From assembly GCF_009914755.1 (NCBI RefSeq), contig NC_060947.1: 64,000 nucleotides of DNA. One strand, 5' to 3'. The notes beneath the pieces are model-generated. The model did not search any database. It was not told the origin of the DNA and saw only the letters and a list, made by a program, of their open reading frames with translations. A program made the position numbers and the translations under genes. The stretch comes from the human T2T-CHM13v2.0 reference genome, Homo sapiens. Positions within the stretch are counted from its first letter, which is position 1. Every line of letters begins with the position of its first letter. Shown here in pieces: positions 1-11,824 of the stretch.

Positions 1-938
1 AGAAAATTATGCAAAATACATGCATTTGGCATTCCTGATTCACTGCTCATGAGAAGCAAGGAGTTTTGTGATGATTTACATAATACCTTTGACTAGATGT
101 GGAGAATCTAGGAACATAATGAAGTTAGTTGGTTGCTGCTAAGTTCACTGAACAAAGTCATGAAAGAAAATGATGTTTATCACTCAGGTATTCTAACTCC
201 TGGCTTGAGAAGCAGATACTGAGCCTCAAATCTGCTAAGATTGCCCTGAGTGAGAGTTTTATGTCCTGTAGAGAAAGAGCTAAAATTGTGGAAAATCAGA
301 CACAAGCTCTTATCATGAGAGTGGCTGACCTGCAATGAAAGGTACATGCACAGCCTTGCCAGGTGTCTACTGTTAAAGTGAGGGCATTTATTTGAAAAGA
401 ATGGAACCCTGCAATTTGAAATGGAGATGTGTAGGAGGACCCTGATGAAGCTGAGTACACTGAGGTTGTAAACTCTGATGAACCTTTTTTGCCAGAAGAA
501 ACAGGTTACCTATCTCCAGTAGTGGCAACATCCCCTCCCAGACCCACACTGCCATCAGCCTTTACATCTTTGTCTGGGGAGATAAACCATGCAATGTCTG
601 AAGCAACAGTGATGGCAGAAATGGGGACTGTAATTGCCATGAGTATTTTCTCTTCCTTTTGTTAAAAACACATTTGTGAATGTATACACTTGTACTAAGA
701 AAATACCTTCATTTTATTTTTTTTCTATATTATGTGACATAATATTTATTGACTTTATATGAGCATTTAATTGTTAACTTTATGTAATAGCATTTGGGTT
801 GGGGATTGGTGTGTTTCCAGTTATATGAAGGATAATTGTACTATGTTAGGCATAATTATTACCTTATTATTGTCTCTGTTTGAGGATTATATATGATCTC
901 AGGAGACGTGTATGGGTTCAAGTGGACAAGGGGTGGAC
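1..938 (+). mobile_element. HERVL (ERVL) internal region: decayed gag (1-~616) fused to the 3' end of the internal region and PPT
   Basis: Recognisable HERVL gag segments (gctgacctgcaatgaaagg, gaggaccctgatgaagctg, aactctgatgaacc); purine tract aaggggtggac immediately before the LTR; many stops. Confidence 0.85.
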
Positions 939-1352
939 TTTCGATGGTTAATACTGTCAACTTGATTGAATTGATGGATGCAAAGTATTTATCTTGGGTA
1001 TGTCCATGAGGATGTTGCCAAAGGAGACTAACATTTGAGTCAATGGGCTGGAAAAGGCAGGCCCACCCTTAATCTGGATGAACACAATCTAATCAGGAGT
1101 CAGCACAGCCAGAATAAAAAGCAGGCAGAAGGATGTGAAAAGACTAGACTGGCCTAGGCTCACAGCCTACATCTTTCTCCTGTGCTGGATACTTCTGGCC
1201 CTCAAACATCAGACTCCAAGTTCTCCAGCTTTTGGGACTTGGACTGGCTTCCTTCCTCCTCAGCTTGCAGATGGCCTATTGTGGCACATTGTGATCGTAT
1301 GAGTTTAATACTCTTTAATAAACTCATTCTGTCCCTCTAGACAACCCTGACT
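939..1352 (+). mobile_element. MLT2A (MLT2A1/A2) 3' LTR of HERVL
   Basis: Starts t(t)cgatggttaatactgtcaacttgattg, contains aggcaggcccacccttaatctgg and aataaa (1317), ends ctgtccctctagacaaccctgact, matching the MLT2A consensus layout. Confidence 0.88.
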
Positions 1353-1359
1353 CACTTAA

Positions 1360-1470
1360 AGATACACTTTGTGAGGGCAGGGCTATTTTCCTATTTTATT
1401 ATCTGTTATATCCCCTGGGCATGGTAGTTATTTGAATGGAGTAGGTGTTCAACAATTTTTAGTTAGATTA
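1360..1470 (+). mobile_element. L2 3'-end fragment
   Basis: gtgagggcaggg...gtaggtgttcaacaa resembles the L2 terminus. Confidence 0.5.
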
Positions 1471-3026
1471 GTAATTCTATTAAGAGGAAAGCTTATGGAA
1501 TATGTATCAATTTCAGGTCATTTATTTCCAATGATTCTGTTAATGTGTTATCAGTTGTATTTTAAATGATAAATCTTCAAAAATAATTTGAATTTATTAT
1601 TAAGAATAACAATATGTGTTATACCATCATCTGGGAAATATAATTTTAAAAAGAAAGCTTCATGCCAATGCAAATGGAAAATATATTTTCAATGGATTCT
1701 GATCATGTGGTTACCAAATTTAAATTTCAAAATCAAAAATATTAACACACTTGACAAAATTTCTAACTTTATCATTTGTATTTAGGATAGGCTATATAAG
1801 CATTTCTTAAAATATGTTTAGAAGAACAATTTTTTTAAATGCTCTCTGAAATTGGAGGGCATGGTTTAGAGTCAAATAAATTTGGAATATTGAATAGTAT
1901 ATCCATACCTTGGAGGTTTAAAATGTACATTAGGGTGTTAAAGTTTCTTTGAAGATGAGAAATAAAGGAAATTGTGTAACCATCTACTCTTCCAAGCTAT
2001 CTGCTTACAGAACCTCTTTGAATGTTACTGATGTTAACATCCAAAACACTAGCATTTCTGGAAGTGTACTTTGGGCAGTGTTGGGAGAGAGTAACACTTC
2101 CCAGTCTAATGTTCATTTGAGGCAGGCTTAAGATCTCAGTGATGTATGAGAAAATGCCATACAAGAAAAAAAGAAATCAGTATTAGTCATTATCTAGCTT
2201 AAGAACTTTTTGGTAAATAAGTACAATCAACTTCAAATAGCTCTACATGGAATTTTTTAAAACTGATTGTTATGATAATGTAATTGGGGTCACTGAATGA
2301 CTCAATGACAATTGACTATTAACTGAAATGATAGAAACATTATGTCAATTTGATAGGCAGCACAGTGATGCCAGGCAGAGCTTATCCTTAAAAATGCTTG
2401 ATTTTTAAAACCATATTCACAAGAGCTTATAATGGAGATATTATAGAAAAGAAAGACTAAATGATCTTTAAAGGTCAATTACTCTGTAACGTATTACTCC
2501 TCCAAAATTGTCATTTAAAGAATGTGTTATTCACTGATTTCTAAAAGATATAATCCTAGTATCAAGTGCTTTTTAAAAGTCTTTGTGCAATCAACAATGT
2601 CGGTGCTTCTTTTGGGACAAAGAAAAATACTTCCAAGATTAAATTGTTGTTTTCAAAAGCCTCAGTCAGTCAGAAAATAAATTTAGAGATAAAAAAGCTG
2701 TGAAAAAAGTACTGGCTGTTAGATTATTTCTACCCTTTTCAGAGTTGGTTGTCAACTGTTTCTAAACTTAAAATAAGTAGTTTAAAAGATGATATAAAAC
2801 TCCAGCATTTTACTGTTATTCATAATTTTTCTTAACTTTAGAGGGGCCTTTTAGGAAATAGTATATGTCATGATAACAAAGCACTTATCTTCAACTAGTC
2901 AACTCATTCGGTTTCACATCATTTATTAGGTTTTAGGTTTTTTAATAAAATAGATGAAATGTTTTTGGAAAAATACAGCTTTATAATTATGACTTAAATT
3001 AAAAATATTTATATCTGGCTATCTCA

Positions 3027-3185
3027 GTATATTGGTACATTTTCACACTGCTATTTAAAAAACTTCCTGAGACTGGGTAATTTATAAAGGAAAGAGGTTT
3101 GACTCACAGATTTGCATGGCTGGGAAGGCCTCCGGAAACTTACAATCGTGGTGGAAGGGGAAGCAGGCATGTCTTACAAGGTGCC

Positions 3186-3245
<60 letters not shown>

Positions 3246-3437
3246 AAGAACGAGGAAGTGCCACACTTTAAAACCACAAGCTCTCGTGAGAACTCACTCA
3301 CTATCATTAGAACATCATGAGGTAAACTGCCACCGTGAGCCAATTACCTCCCACCAAGCACCTCCACTGGCATGTGGGAATTATGGGGATTTCAATTCAA
3401 GATGAGATTTGGGTGAGGACATAGATAAACCATATAA
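3027..3437 (-). mobile_element. MaLR solo LTR (MSTA-like)
   Basis: cacactgcta...ctgagactgggtaatttataaaggaaagagg...gaagtgccacactttaaaacc...gatttgggtgaggaca...aaaccatat. Confidence 0.88.
3188..3244. repeat. (GA)n microsatellite, ~28 units, expanded inside the MST LTR
   Basis: Pure GA run read directly. Confidence 0.98.
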
Positions 3438-4619
3438 CTCAGTATTTTTTAAACTGCATATATTAATTAAATAACGCCTAGATACATGTTTCCAAATTTC
3501 ATTATGCTAATTTATGGGTAATAAAAATATATTATTGTATTTTCTTATAGTTATTTACTGTAAGCATACATTACTTTTACATCTCTAATTTAAAATAATT
3601 TTTTAAAATATGTTACAGGTGCACATAGCTTTAAAATTCAAGAGATTCACCAGGCTTGTTAAGAAAAACAACAGTACTATCCTCACACGTAATTTTCCTA
3701 CTACCTAGAAATCCTCTTTATTTAAATTTTGGCTATTTAATGCAATATATTTTAAAAACATACATGGATTTTACCACTTTATGTTTCATATTTATAATTT
3801 AGCTATTAATTTTTAATTACAGGAGATGAGGATTTAGTTGTTTTTCACACCTAGCCTCCCCTACCCTGCCAAATCACAGATGCATAAACTTCTTTTCTCT
3901 CTCATCTTCTCAACATATTTGTATTGCAATTATGGTTGAATAAGTATTCAGTGTTTATAACCTGATAAATATATTAGTGATATTAATAGCTAATAAATAC
4001 AGTATAATGTTTAATTTTTGCTGTACTTTTTTTAAAAAAAGTTTTGACATTTTCCTCTATTGTTTTAGATTTGTTTAGTTTAGCTCTTTATTTTTCTCCT
4101 TATACTAAATATTAAAATGTCAGTGCTTATTCTTAGAAAATACAAGCCCTCCTAACATCTGATAGAACAATTTTTAAAAACTTAAGAAATAAAAATTGTG
4201 ACGTTGTTTCCCACAGTTGTGGAGATGCTGATGCCCTATTGAATTAAAATGCTGGTACCGAAAAAATCATAAATTGAATGAATTTAATAATTTACAGTAG
4301 AAAAAAATCTTATTTTGCTAGTCTGAAAACTCACATTGAAATATACAATAACCTTGTCTTTTTTTCATTTAGACGTAAATGAAAAATTTTATAGTCTCTT
4401 AAATTTTTATACAAAATATTGTGAAACTCAATTCAAAAATTGTTATTGTACCCTGGAAAATGTAAATGTAAGCAATACCCACTGTAAAATGCAATTTTCA
4501 TGGTCAGAAACTATAATAGTAGCAATAATAATAATAATTGATATCCTGGGAATAATATTAATTTCTGAAATGTATTAATTTATGAAGAAGGAAAATTCTT
4601 ATGAACTCGGTTTGCTACA

Positions 4620-5250
4620 AATGTATTTATATTACCTTCATACTTGATTGCTAATTTGGCTGGGTATAGAAGTCCAGTTTGGAAATCATTTGCCTTCACA
4701 TTTTCAAGAAAGCATTCCTTTGTCAGCTACCTTCCTCTGTTGTGTTAAGATATCTGGAATCATTCAGATTCTTGCTAAAAATATATAAGACCATGTGCGT
4801 TTATTTTTCCCTTGTTCTCTTTTTGGAAGTTTATACAATCTCATTTTTCCTAGTGTTCCGAAACATTACAATGATTTGTTTTTATGTGGGTCCATTTCTA
4901 TCCATTTGCTGGGTCCTCAGTAATGCTTGTTTGTCTGAAAATTTGTAGCCTTCTATGTAGGAGAAAAATTGTGAATTGTTTCTTCCATTCAGCTTTTTTA
5001 AAATTCTCTTTTTCTTTCTTATTACTTTCTCATGTAGAACTTCTATTGGAACTCTAATTTTATAGCCTTTGTTTTATTTTTTATCTCTTTGTTTTATTGC
5101 TTACCTACAGGAAAGATTTTAAAATTAAAAAAAAAATCAAGAGTTCTTCTTTTCTCCTCTGAGTGTTCCTTTCACAATTGCATGTTCTTATTTCATGAGT
5201 ATAACCTTATATTTTCTCAGATATGGAAGAAACATTTTATTCTATATCTG
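4620..5250 (-). mobile_element. Old L1 (L1M/L1ME-type) fragment
   Basis: T-rich, tttggctgggtatagaa motif typical of antisense L1 ORF1 region; highly diverged. Confidence 0.5.
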
Positions 5251-5588
5251 AGAAGGAAGATATATTTTTGATATGCTGGTTTTCCTGTTTTGGGGTATCA
5301 TATAATCCAGCAATATCAGTGAGGATTGACAGTTCTACTTTCAATTTGTTGAGGAACCTACATACTGTTCTCCATAGAGGAGATACTAATTTACATTCCT
5401 ACCAACAGTGTCCAAGAGTTCCCCTTTCCTCCCATCCTCACCAGCCATTGTTATTGCCTGTCACTTGGATGAAAGCTATTTAAACTGGGTGAGATGATAA
5501 CCCATTGTAGTTTTGATTTGCATTTCTCTGATAATTAATGATTTGAGAATTTTTTGTTATACCTGGTTGCCATTTGTATGCCTTCTTT

Positions 5589-6592
5589 GTGTGTCTCTCT
5601 GTGTATATATGCGTGTGTTTTATTTCAGTAGCTTTAAGGGTACAAGTGCTTTTTGGTTACATGGATGAATTGTATTGTGGTCAGGCATGTCCTTGCTCTG
5701 GAGCAGTTCTCTGGCTGCTGTGGTGATGTTTCAGAGGGAAGCACAACTGACTATGCTGCACAGAAGAATACACAAAGGGAATGGGGAGTAGCAGCTGGCA
5801 ATGAGCTCCACCCAGTTCCCATGCACTTGGCAAGCCACAGTGTCCCACTAGCAGCAGCTAGCTGGGTTCCAGGTAGTCTGCACTCAGAACTCAAAACTGT
5901 CCCCAGCAATAAAGCTTCCCTGCTAAGAAAGAAACCTCCTGGTTTAATGGGGTTTTCAGGCCAGACTCCTCCAAATCCCTTCTGTGAAGCAGGGGCATCA
6001 AGTTTCTGTGCCCAAGGCTACATCACACTTTCCACTCACTTCTCATTTCTGGCCAAGGGGGTCCATTCCCATTCAGGATTATATTATGAATCTCAGTTGG
6101 TAGCTTCTCTCAATCTGTGACTCCCGCCTGAGTTAGCTGGCTGACTTCCACAAGGTCCCCTGTGAGGTAAGATCAGAATTGGCTTGCCTCCATCCCCACT
6201 GCAATCTAGGACTGCACACAAAGCACGTGCAATGTTGATCCTTCTCATATACTCTCCACCGCTTACTAAATCAGCTCAAGTGCTGGGTAGGGTTAAAGCA
6301 TTTCCCCATGGCCTGGGATTGCCAGGTTCCCCAGTGAAAGTGTATGTGTGCCAGAGGCATGGTCTCCCCCTCTCACACTGTGGGGACTCGCAGTTTTCTG
6401 CCTGACTCACATTGCAGGCTGAAGCCAACCACTTTTTTCAAAGGGTCTGTGGTTTTATAAAGTTTTCCTGCTTAGTTACTGTGTTGCTTATTGGAAAATA
6501 TATGTCCACAGTCTGTCTCTACACATTACTTTTTCTTTTCAAGTGGGAGAGACATGCTAAGACGTCCTCCAATCCTGAAGTTGATGGGAAAA
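5589..6592 (-). mobile_element. L1PB with only ~65 bp of 3' end (5617-5681) joined to ~900 bp of 5' UTR
   Basis: L1PB 3' signature tttcagtagctttaagggtacaagtgctttttggttacatggatgaattgta; L1PB 5' UTR signature aaagggtctgtgg...aagtgggag; TSD tgtatgccttcttt (5575-5588) / tgtatatcttcttt (6593-6606). Confidence 0.8.
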
Positions 6593-9500
6593 TGTATATC
6601 TTCTTTTGAGAAATACCTGTTACAATATTTTACCGAATTTTTCATTGGTTTGTTTTTTTCTTATTAGGTAGTTCGAGCTGCTTATATATTCTGATTATTA
6701 ATCCCTACTCAGATGGGTAGTTTGAACATATTTTCTCACCCCGTGGGTTGTTTCTTAACTTTGTTGATTGTTTCCTTTTTGTGCAGAAGTCTTTGTTTGT
6801 TTTGTTTTTTTAACATAATGTGATCCCGTTTTTTGCTTTGGTTGTCTATGCTTTGTAGGTATTACTCAAGAAATATTTCTCCAGACCAATGTCCGAGAGA
6901 TGTTTCCCTATGTTTTCTTTTAGTACTTTCATGGTTTCATCTCCTAGGTTCAAGGCTTTAACCCATTTTGATTTGATTTTTTGTATGTGGCAAGAGATAT
7001 GTGTCTAGTTTCATTCTTCTGCATATGATATCCAGTTTTTCCAGCACCATTTATTGAAGAGACTATCCTTTCTCCAGTGTATACTCTTGGTAACTTTGTC
7101 AAAAATCAGTTCACCATAGATGTATAAATTTATTTCTGGCTTCTTTATTCCATTCCATTTGTCTATGTGTCTTGTTTTATGCCAGTACCGTGTTCTTTTG
7201 GTTACCAGAGCCCTGTAGTGAAATTTCAAATAAGGTAATGTGATTCTTCCAGTTTTGTTATTTTTTTTTCTCAGAATGGCTTTGGATATTTTTGTTTTTT
7301 TTGTGTGTGTGGTTCCATATAAATGTTAGGATTAGTTTTTTGTTTGTTTTAGATTTCTGTGAAGAGTGTCATTGGTATTTTGTTAGGGATTGCCTCAAAT
7401 CTGTAGTATTTTGGATAGTATGGAAATTTTAACAATATTGATTCTTTAAATCCATGAACATAATTTTGTGTGTGTGTGTTCTTTTCAATTTCTTTCATCA
7501 ATGCTTTATAGTTTTCTTTGTAGAGATCTCTCATATTTTTGGTTAAGTTAATTTCTAGGTGTCTTATTTTATTTGTATCTATTGTAAATGAAATTACTTT
7601 CTTGATTTCTTTTTCAGATTTTTTGCCTTTGGCATGTAGAAATGCTAATGAATTTGTATGTTGACTTTGCATCTGCAACTTTACTGGGTTCGTTCATTAG
7701 TTATCATAGTTTTTTTGGTGAAGTATTTGTGTTTTTCTAAATATAAGACTATTTCATCTGCAATTAAGGATAATTTAACTTATGTTCCAAGTTGGATGCA
7801 CTTTTTTTTTTCTGTTGTCTAATCACTCTAGCTAGGACTTCCAGTACTATGTTAAATAACAGTGGTAGTTTTTTTTTTTTTTTTTTTTTCATTCAGTATG
7901 ACACTAGCTGTGGATCTATCTAATATGGGTTTTATTGTGTTGATGCATATTCCTTCTATAACCCAGTTTTTGAGAGTTTTTACAATGAAAGGATGTTGAA
8001 TTTCATGAAATTGTTTTTCGGCATCAGTTGAAATGATTATATAGTTTTTGTTCTTTATTGTGTTGATATGATGAATCACATTGATTTATTTGTATAGTTA
8101 AACCATCTTTGCATCACTAGGATAAATCCCACTTGGTCAAGATGAATGATCTGTTAATCCATTGTTTAATTGGAGTTGTTAGTATTTCGTTAATTATTTT
8201 TGCATCAATGTTCATCAGAGATACTGGCACATAGTTTTCTTTTTTTGTTGTTTCTTTTTCTGGTTTTGGTGTCAGGGTAATACCGGCTTTGTAGAATTAG
8301 TTTGGAAGTATTTTCTCCTTCTCTATTTTTGGGAATAATTTGAGGATGATTGTATTTAGTTCTTTTTAAAATGTTTAGTAAAATTCAACTGTGAAGTCAT
8401 TGATTCCTGGACTTTTCTTCGATAGGAGACTTTTTATTATGGCTTTGATCTTGTTGTTAAGGTTTTGGTTTTCTTTATTCCAATTTATTGTCATATACTT
8501 GCTCTAGTAGTCACTAATTATCCTTTGAATTTCTGCAGTATCAGTTGTAATATCTCTTTTTGATTCTCTGATTTTATTTACTTATTTTTATTATCTCTTT
8601 GTTTTTTAGTTTGCCTAAGTTTGTTGACTTTATCTTTTATGAACACCAACTTTCCTTTCATTAATATTTTGTAATTGATTTTAGTTTTAATTTCACTACT
8701 TCTGCTCTGATCTTTATTATTTCTTTTCTTCTACTAACTTTTGGTTTGCTTAGTAGGTGCTTTCCTAGTTCTTTAAGATGCATCATTGTTTATTTGAAAT
8801 TTTTCTACCTTTTTAATGTAGTTACTTACTGCTGTAAACCTTTTCTTAGTGATGGTTTGCTGTATTCCATAAATTTTGATATGTTTTATTACTATTTTCA
8901 TTTGTTTCAAAAAATTTTAATTTTTAAATTTTTTTTATTGACCAACTAGTCATTCAGGAGCATATTGATTAATTTCCATGTGTTTGTATAGTTTCCAAAG
9001 TTCCTTTTGTTATTGATTTCTAGTTTTATTCAATTTTGGTCAGAGGACATGCTTGATATAATTTCCTTCTCTTTTTGGAATGTTTTAAGACTTGTTTTGT
9101 GGCCTAAAATGTGATCTATCTTTGAGAATGATCCACATGCTGAAGAAAAGAATGTGTACTCTGCAGCTATTGAATGAAATGTTCTGTAACTATCTATTAG
9201 CTGCATTTGGTCTATAGTGCAGGTTAAGTTCAGTGTGTCTTTGCTGATATTCTATCTAGGTAATCTACTCAAGGCTGAAAGTTGGAAGATGAAGTCTCTA
9301 GCTATTATTGTATTGGTGTCTATTTCTCTCTTTAGCTTTAATAATATTTGCTTCACATATCTAAGTGCTCCAGCATTGGGTGCATATTTAAATCCATTTA
9401 AATTGTTATATTCTCTTGCTGAATATAACAATTCACCAAGAATTGTTTTGTCACTATTTAATGACCTTGTCTCTTTTCAGAATTTTTGTTGTAAAATATA

Positions 9501-10069
9501 TTTTACCTGATAAAAGTATAGGCACTCCTGATCTTTTTCTGGTTTCTTTTGGCATAGAATATGTTTTCCATTACTTTATTTTTGGTCTGTGTATTTTATA
9601 GGTGAGTTGAGTTTCTTATAGGCAGCACATAGTTGGGTCTCCTTTTAAAATATATTCAGGCACTTTATGTCTTTTGATTGGATATTTTTGTCTGTTTACA
9701 TTTAATGTAATTGATATGTGAGGACTTTACTGACATTTTGTTATTTGTTTTCTGACTTTTTTGGTGTTATCGCCCTTCTTTCTTCCTTTATCTTCATTTG
9801 TATAAAGGTGATTTTTCTCTTATGGTGTGTTTTAATTTCATGCTTTTTATTTTTTGTATGTCTACTGTAGGTCTTTTGATTTGAGGTTACCATGAGGCTT
9901 GTAAACGACATTTTATAAATGATCATATTAAACTGATGACAATTTAATTCTGATTGCAAAAAAACCCAACTAATAAATAACTCATACAATTTATAAACTT
10001 TAACTCCATCACCCCAAACTTTCTAATTTTTTGTTGTTTCTATTGATATCTGTTTATTGCATTTACGTC

Positions 10070-11213
10070 TTTTTTTTAAAGTTATACTTTAAGTTCTGGC
10101 ACATAGTTTTCCTTTTTTGTTGTGTCTTTTTCTGGTTTTGGTGTCAGGGTAATACTGGCTTTGTAGAATTAGTTTCGAAGTATTTTCTCCTCCTCTATTT
10201 TTGGGAATAATTTGAGGATGATTGCAAACCTGCAGAATGTGCAGGTTTGTTACATAGGTATACATGTGCCATAGTTGTTTGCTGCACCCATCAACCCGTC
10301 ATCTACATTAGGTATTTGTCCTAATGCTATCCCTCCCCTTGCCCCTCACCCCCTGACAGGCCCCGGTGTGTGATATTCCCCTCCCTCTGCCCATATGTTC
10401 TCATTGTTCAACTTCCACTTATGAGTGAGAACATGTGGTGTTTGGTTTTCTATTCCTGTGTTAGTTTGCTGAGAATGAAGTGCTTTGGCACAGCAAAAGG
10501 AGCTATCATCAGAGTGAACAGGCAGCCTACAGAATGGGAGAAAATTTTTGCAATCTATCCATCTGATAAAGGGCTAATATCCAGAATTTACAAGAAACTT
10601 AAACAAATTTACAAGAAAAAAGCAAACAACCTTATCAAAAAGTGGGCGAAGGATATAAACAGACACTTTTCAAAAGAAGACATTTATGCAGCCAACAAAC
10701 ATATGAAAAAAAGCTCATCATCACTGGTCATTAGAGAAATGTAAATCAAACCACAATTAGATACCATCTCATGCCAGTTAGAATGGCAATCACTAAAAAG
10801 TCAGGAAACAACAGACGCTGGAGAGGATGTGGAGAAATAGAAATGCTTTTACTATTTTTTTTTTTTTTGGTAAGTTGTGTATGTCTAGTAATGTATCCGC
10901 TTTTATACTGTGGGTGGGAGTGTAAATTAATTCAACCACTGTAGAAGACAGTGTGTTGATTACTCAAGAATCCAGAACCAGAAATACCATTTGACTCAGC
11001 AATGCCATTACAGGGTATATACCCAAAGGATTATAAATCATTCAACTATAAAGACACATGCACGCATGTTTATTGAAGCACTATTCACAATAACAAAGAC
11101 TTGGAACCAACCCAAATGCCCATCAATGTTAGACTGCATAAAGAAAATGTGGTACATATACATCATGGAATACTATGCAGCTATAAAAAAGAATGAGTTC
11201 ATGTCCTTTGCAG
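10070..11213 (-). mobile_element. 5'-truncated, 5'-inverted L1PA (L1PA7-like): 3' end on - strand (10070-10478), inverted ORF2 piece on + strand (10479-11213)
   Basis: ttatactttaagttctgg...gtttgttacataggtatacatgtgcc 3' end; + strand ORF2 peptide [27 protein letters not shown]; degenerate TSD gcatttacgtctt / gtatctacacctt. Confidence 0.9.
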
Positions 11214-11494
11214 TATCTACACCTTAAAAAGTATTTTAGTTATTATTTTAAATAAGTTTGTCTTTTAGTCTTACTACTCAAGATATGAATGGTTTACACA
11301 CAGCGAATACATTGTCAGAATATTCTTTGTGTACTCACTGTTACCTGTGAGTTTTTACCTTTAGATAATTTCTTATTGCTCATTAACATTCTTTCTTTTT
11401 AGAATCAAGAACTTCCTTTTACATTTCTTGAATGACAGGTCTGGTGTTTTCCAAATTTCTTAACGCTCATTGGGAAAATATTTCTCCTTTATGT

Positions 11495-11824
11495 GTGTGC
11501 GTGTGTGTGTTTTTTTTTTTTTTTTTTTTTTTTTTTGTGAAAGAGTCTTGCTCTGTCACCCCAGCTGGAGTGCAATGGCACGATCTCCGATCTCGGCTCA
11601 CTACAACCTCTGACTCCTGGGTTCAAGCAATTCTCTTGCCTCAGCCTCTCAAGCAGCTGGGGTTACAGGTGCACGCCACAACACTCAGATAATTTTTGTA
11701 TTTTTACTAGAGACGGGGTTTCACCATGTTGGCCGGGCTGGTCTCAAACTCCTGACGTCGTGCATCCACCTGCCTCAGCCTGCTAATGTGCTGGGATTAC
11801 AGGCATGAGCCACCGTGCCTGGCC
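11495..11824 (-). mobile_element. AluS (Sg/Sx-like) with (TG)n+polyT tail
   Basis: Full Alu dimer; TSD tcctttatgt on both sides. Confidence 0.95.

Noticed and set aside
3082-3405. Overlapping ORFs with (ER)n/(SL)n tracts
   Set aside because: Translations of the GA microsatellite in an MST LTR
5653-6120. Longest ORF (155 aa), antisense to the L1PB 5' UTR, superficially ORF0-like
   Set aside because: Non-ATG start, no recognisable domain, GC-richer UTR explains the lack of stops
10370-10744. 124-aa ORF with L1 ORF2 similarity
   Set aside because: Chimera across the twin-priming junction; only a short ORF2 remnant
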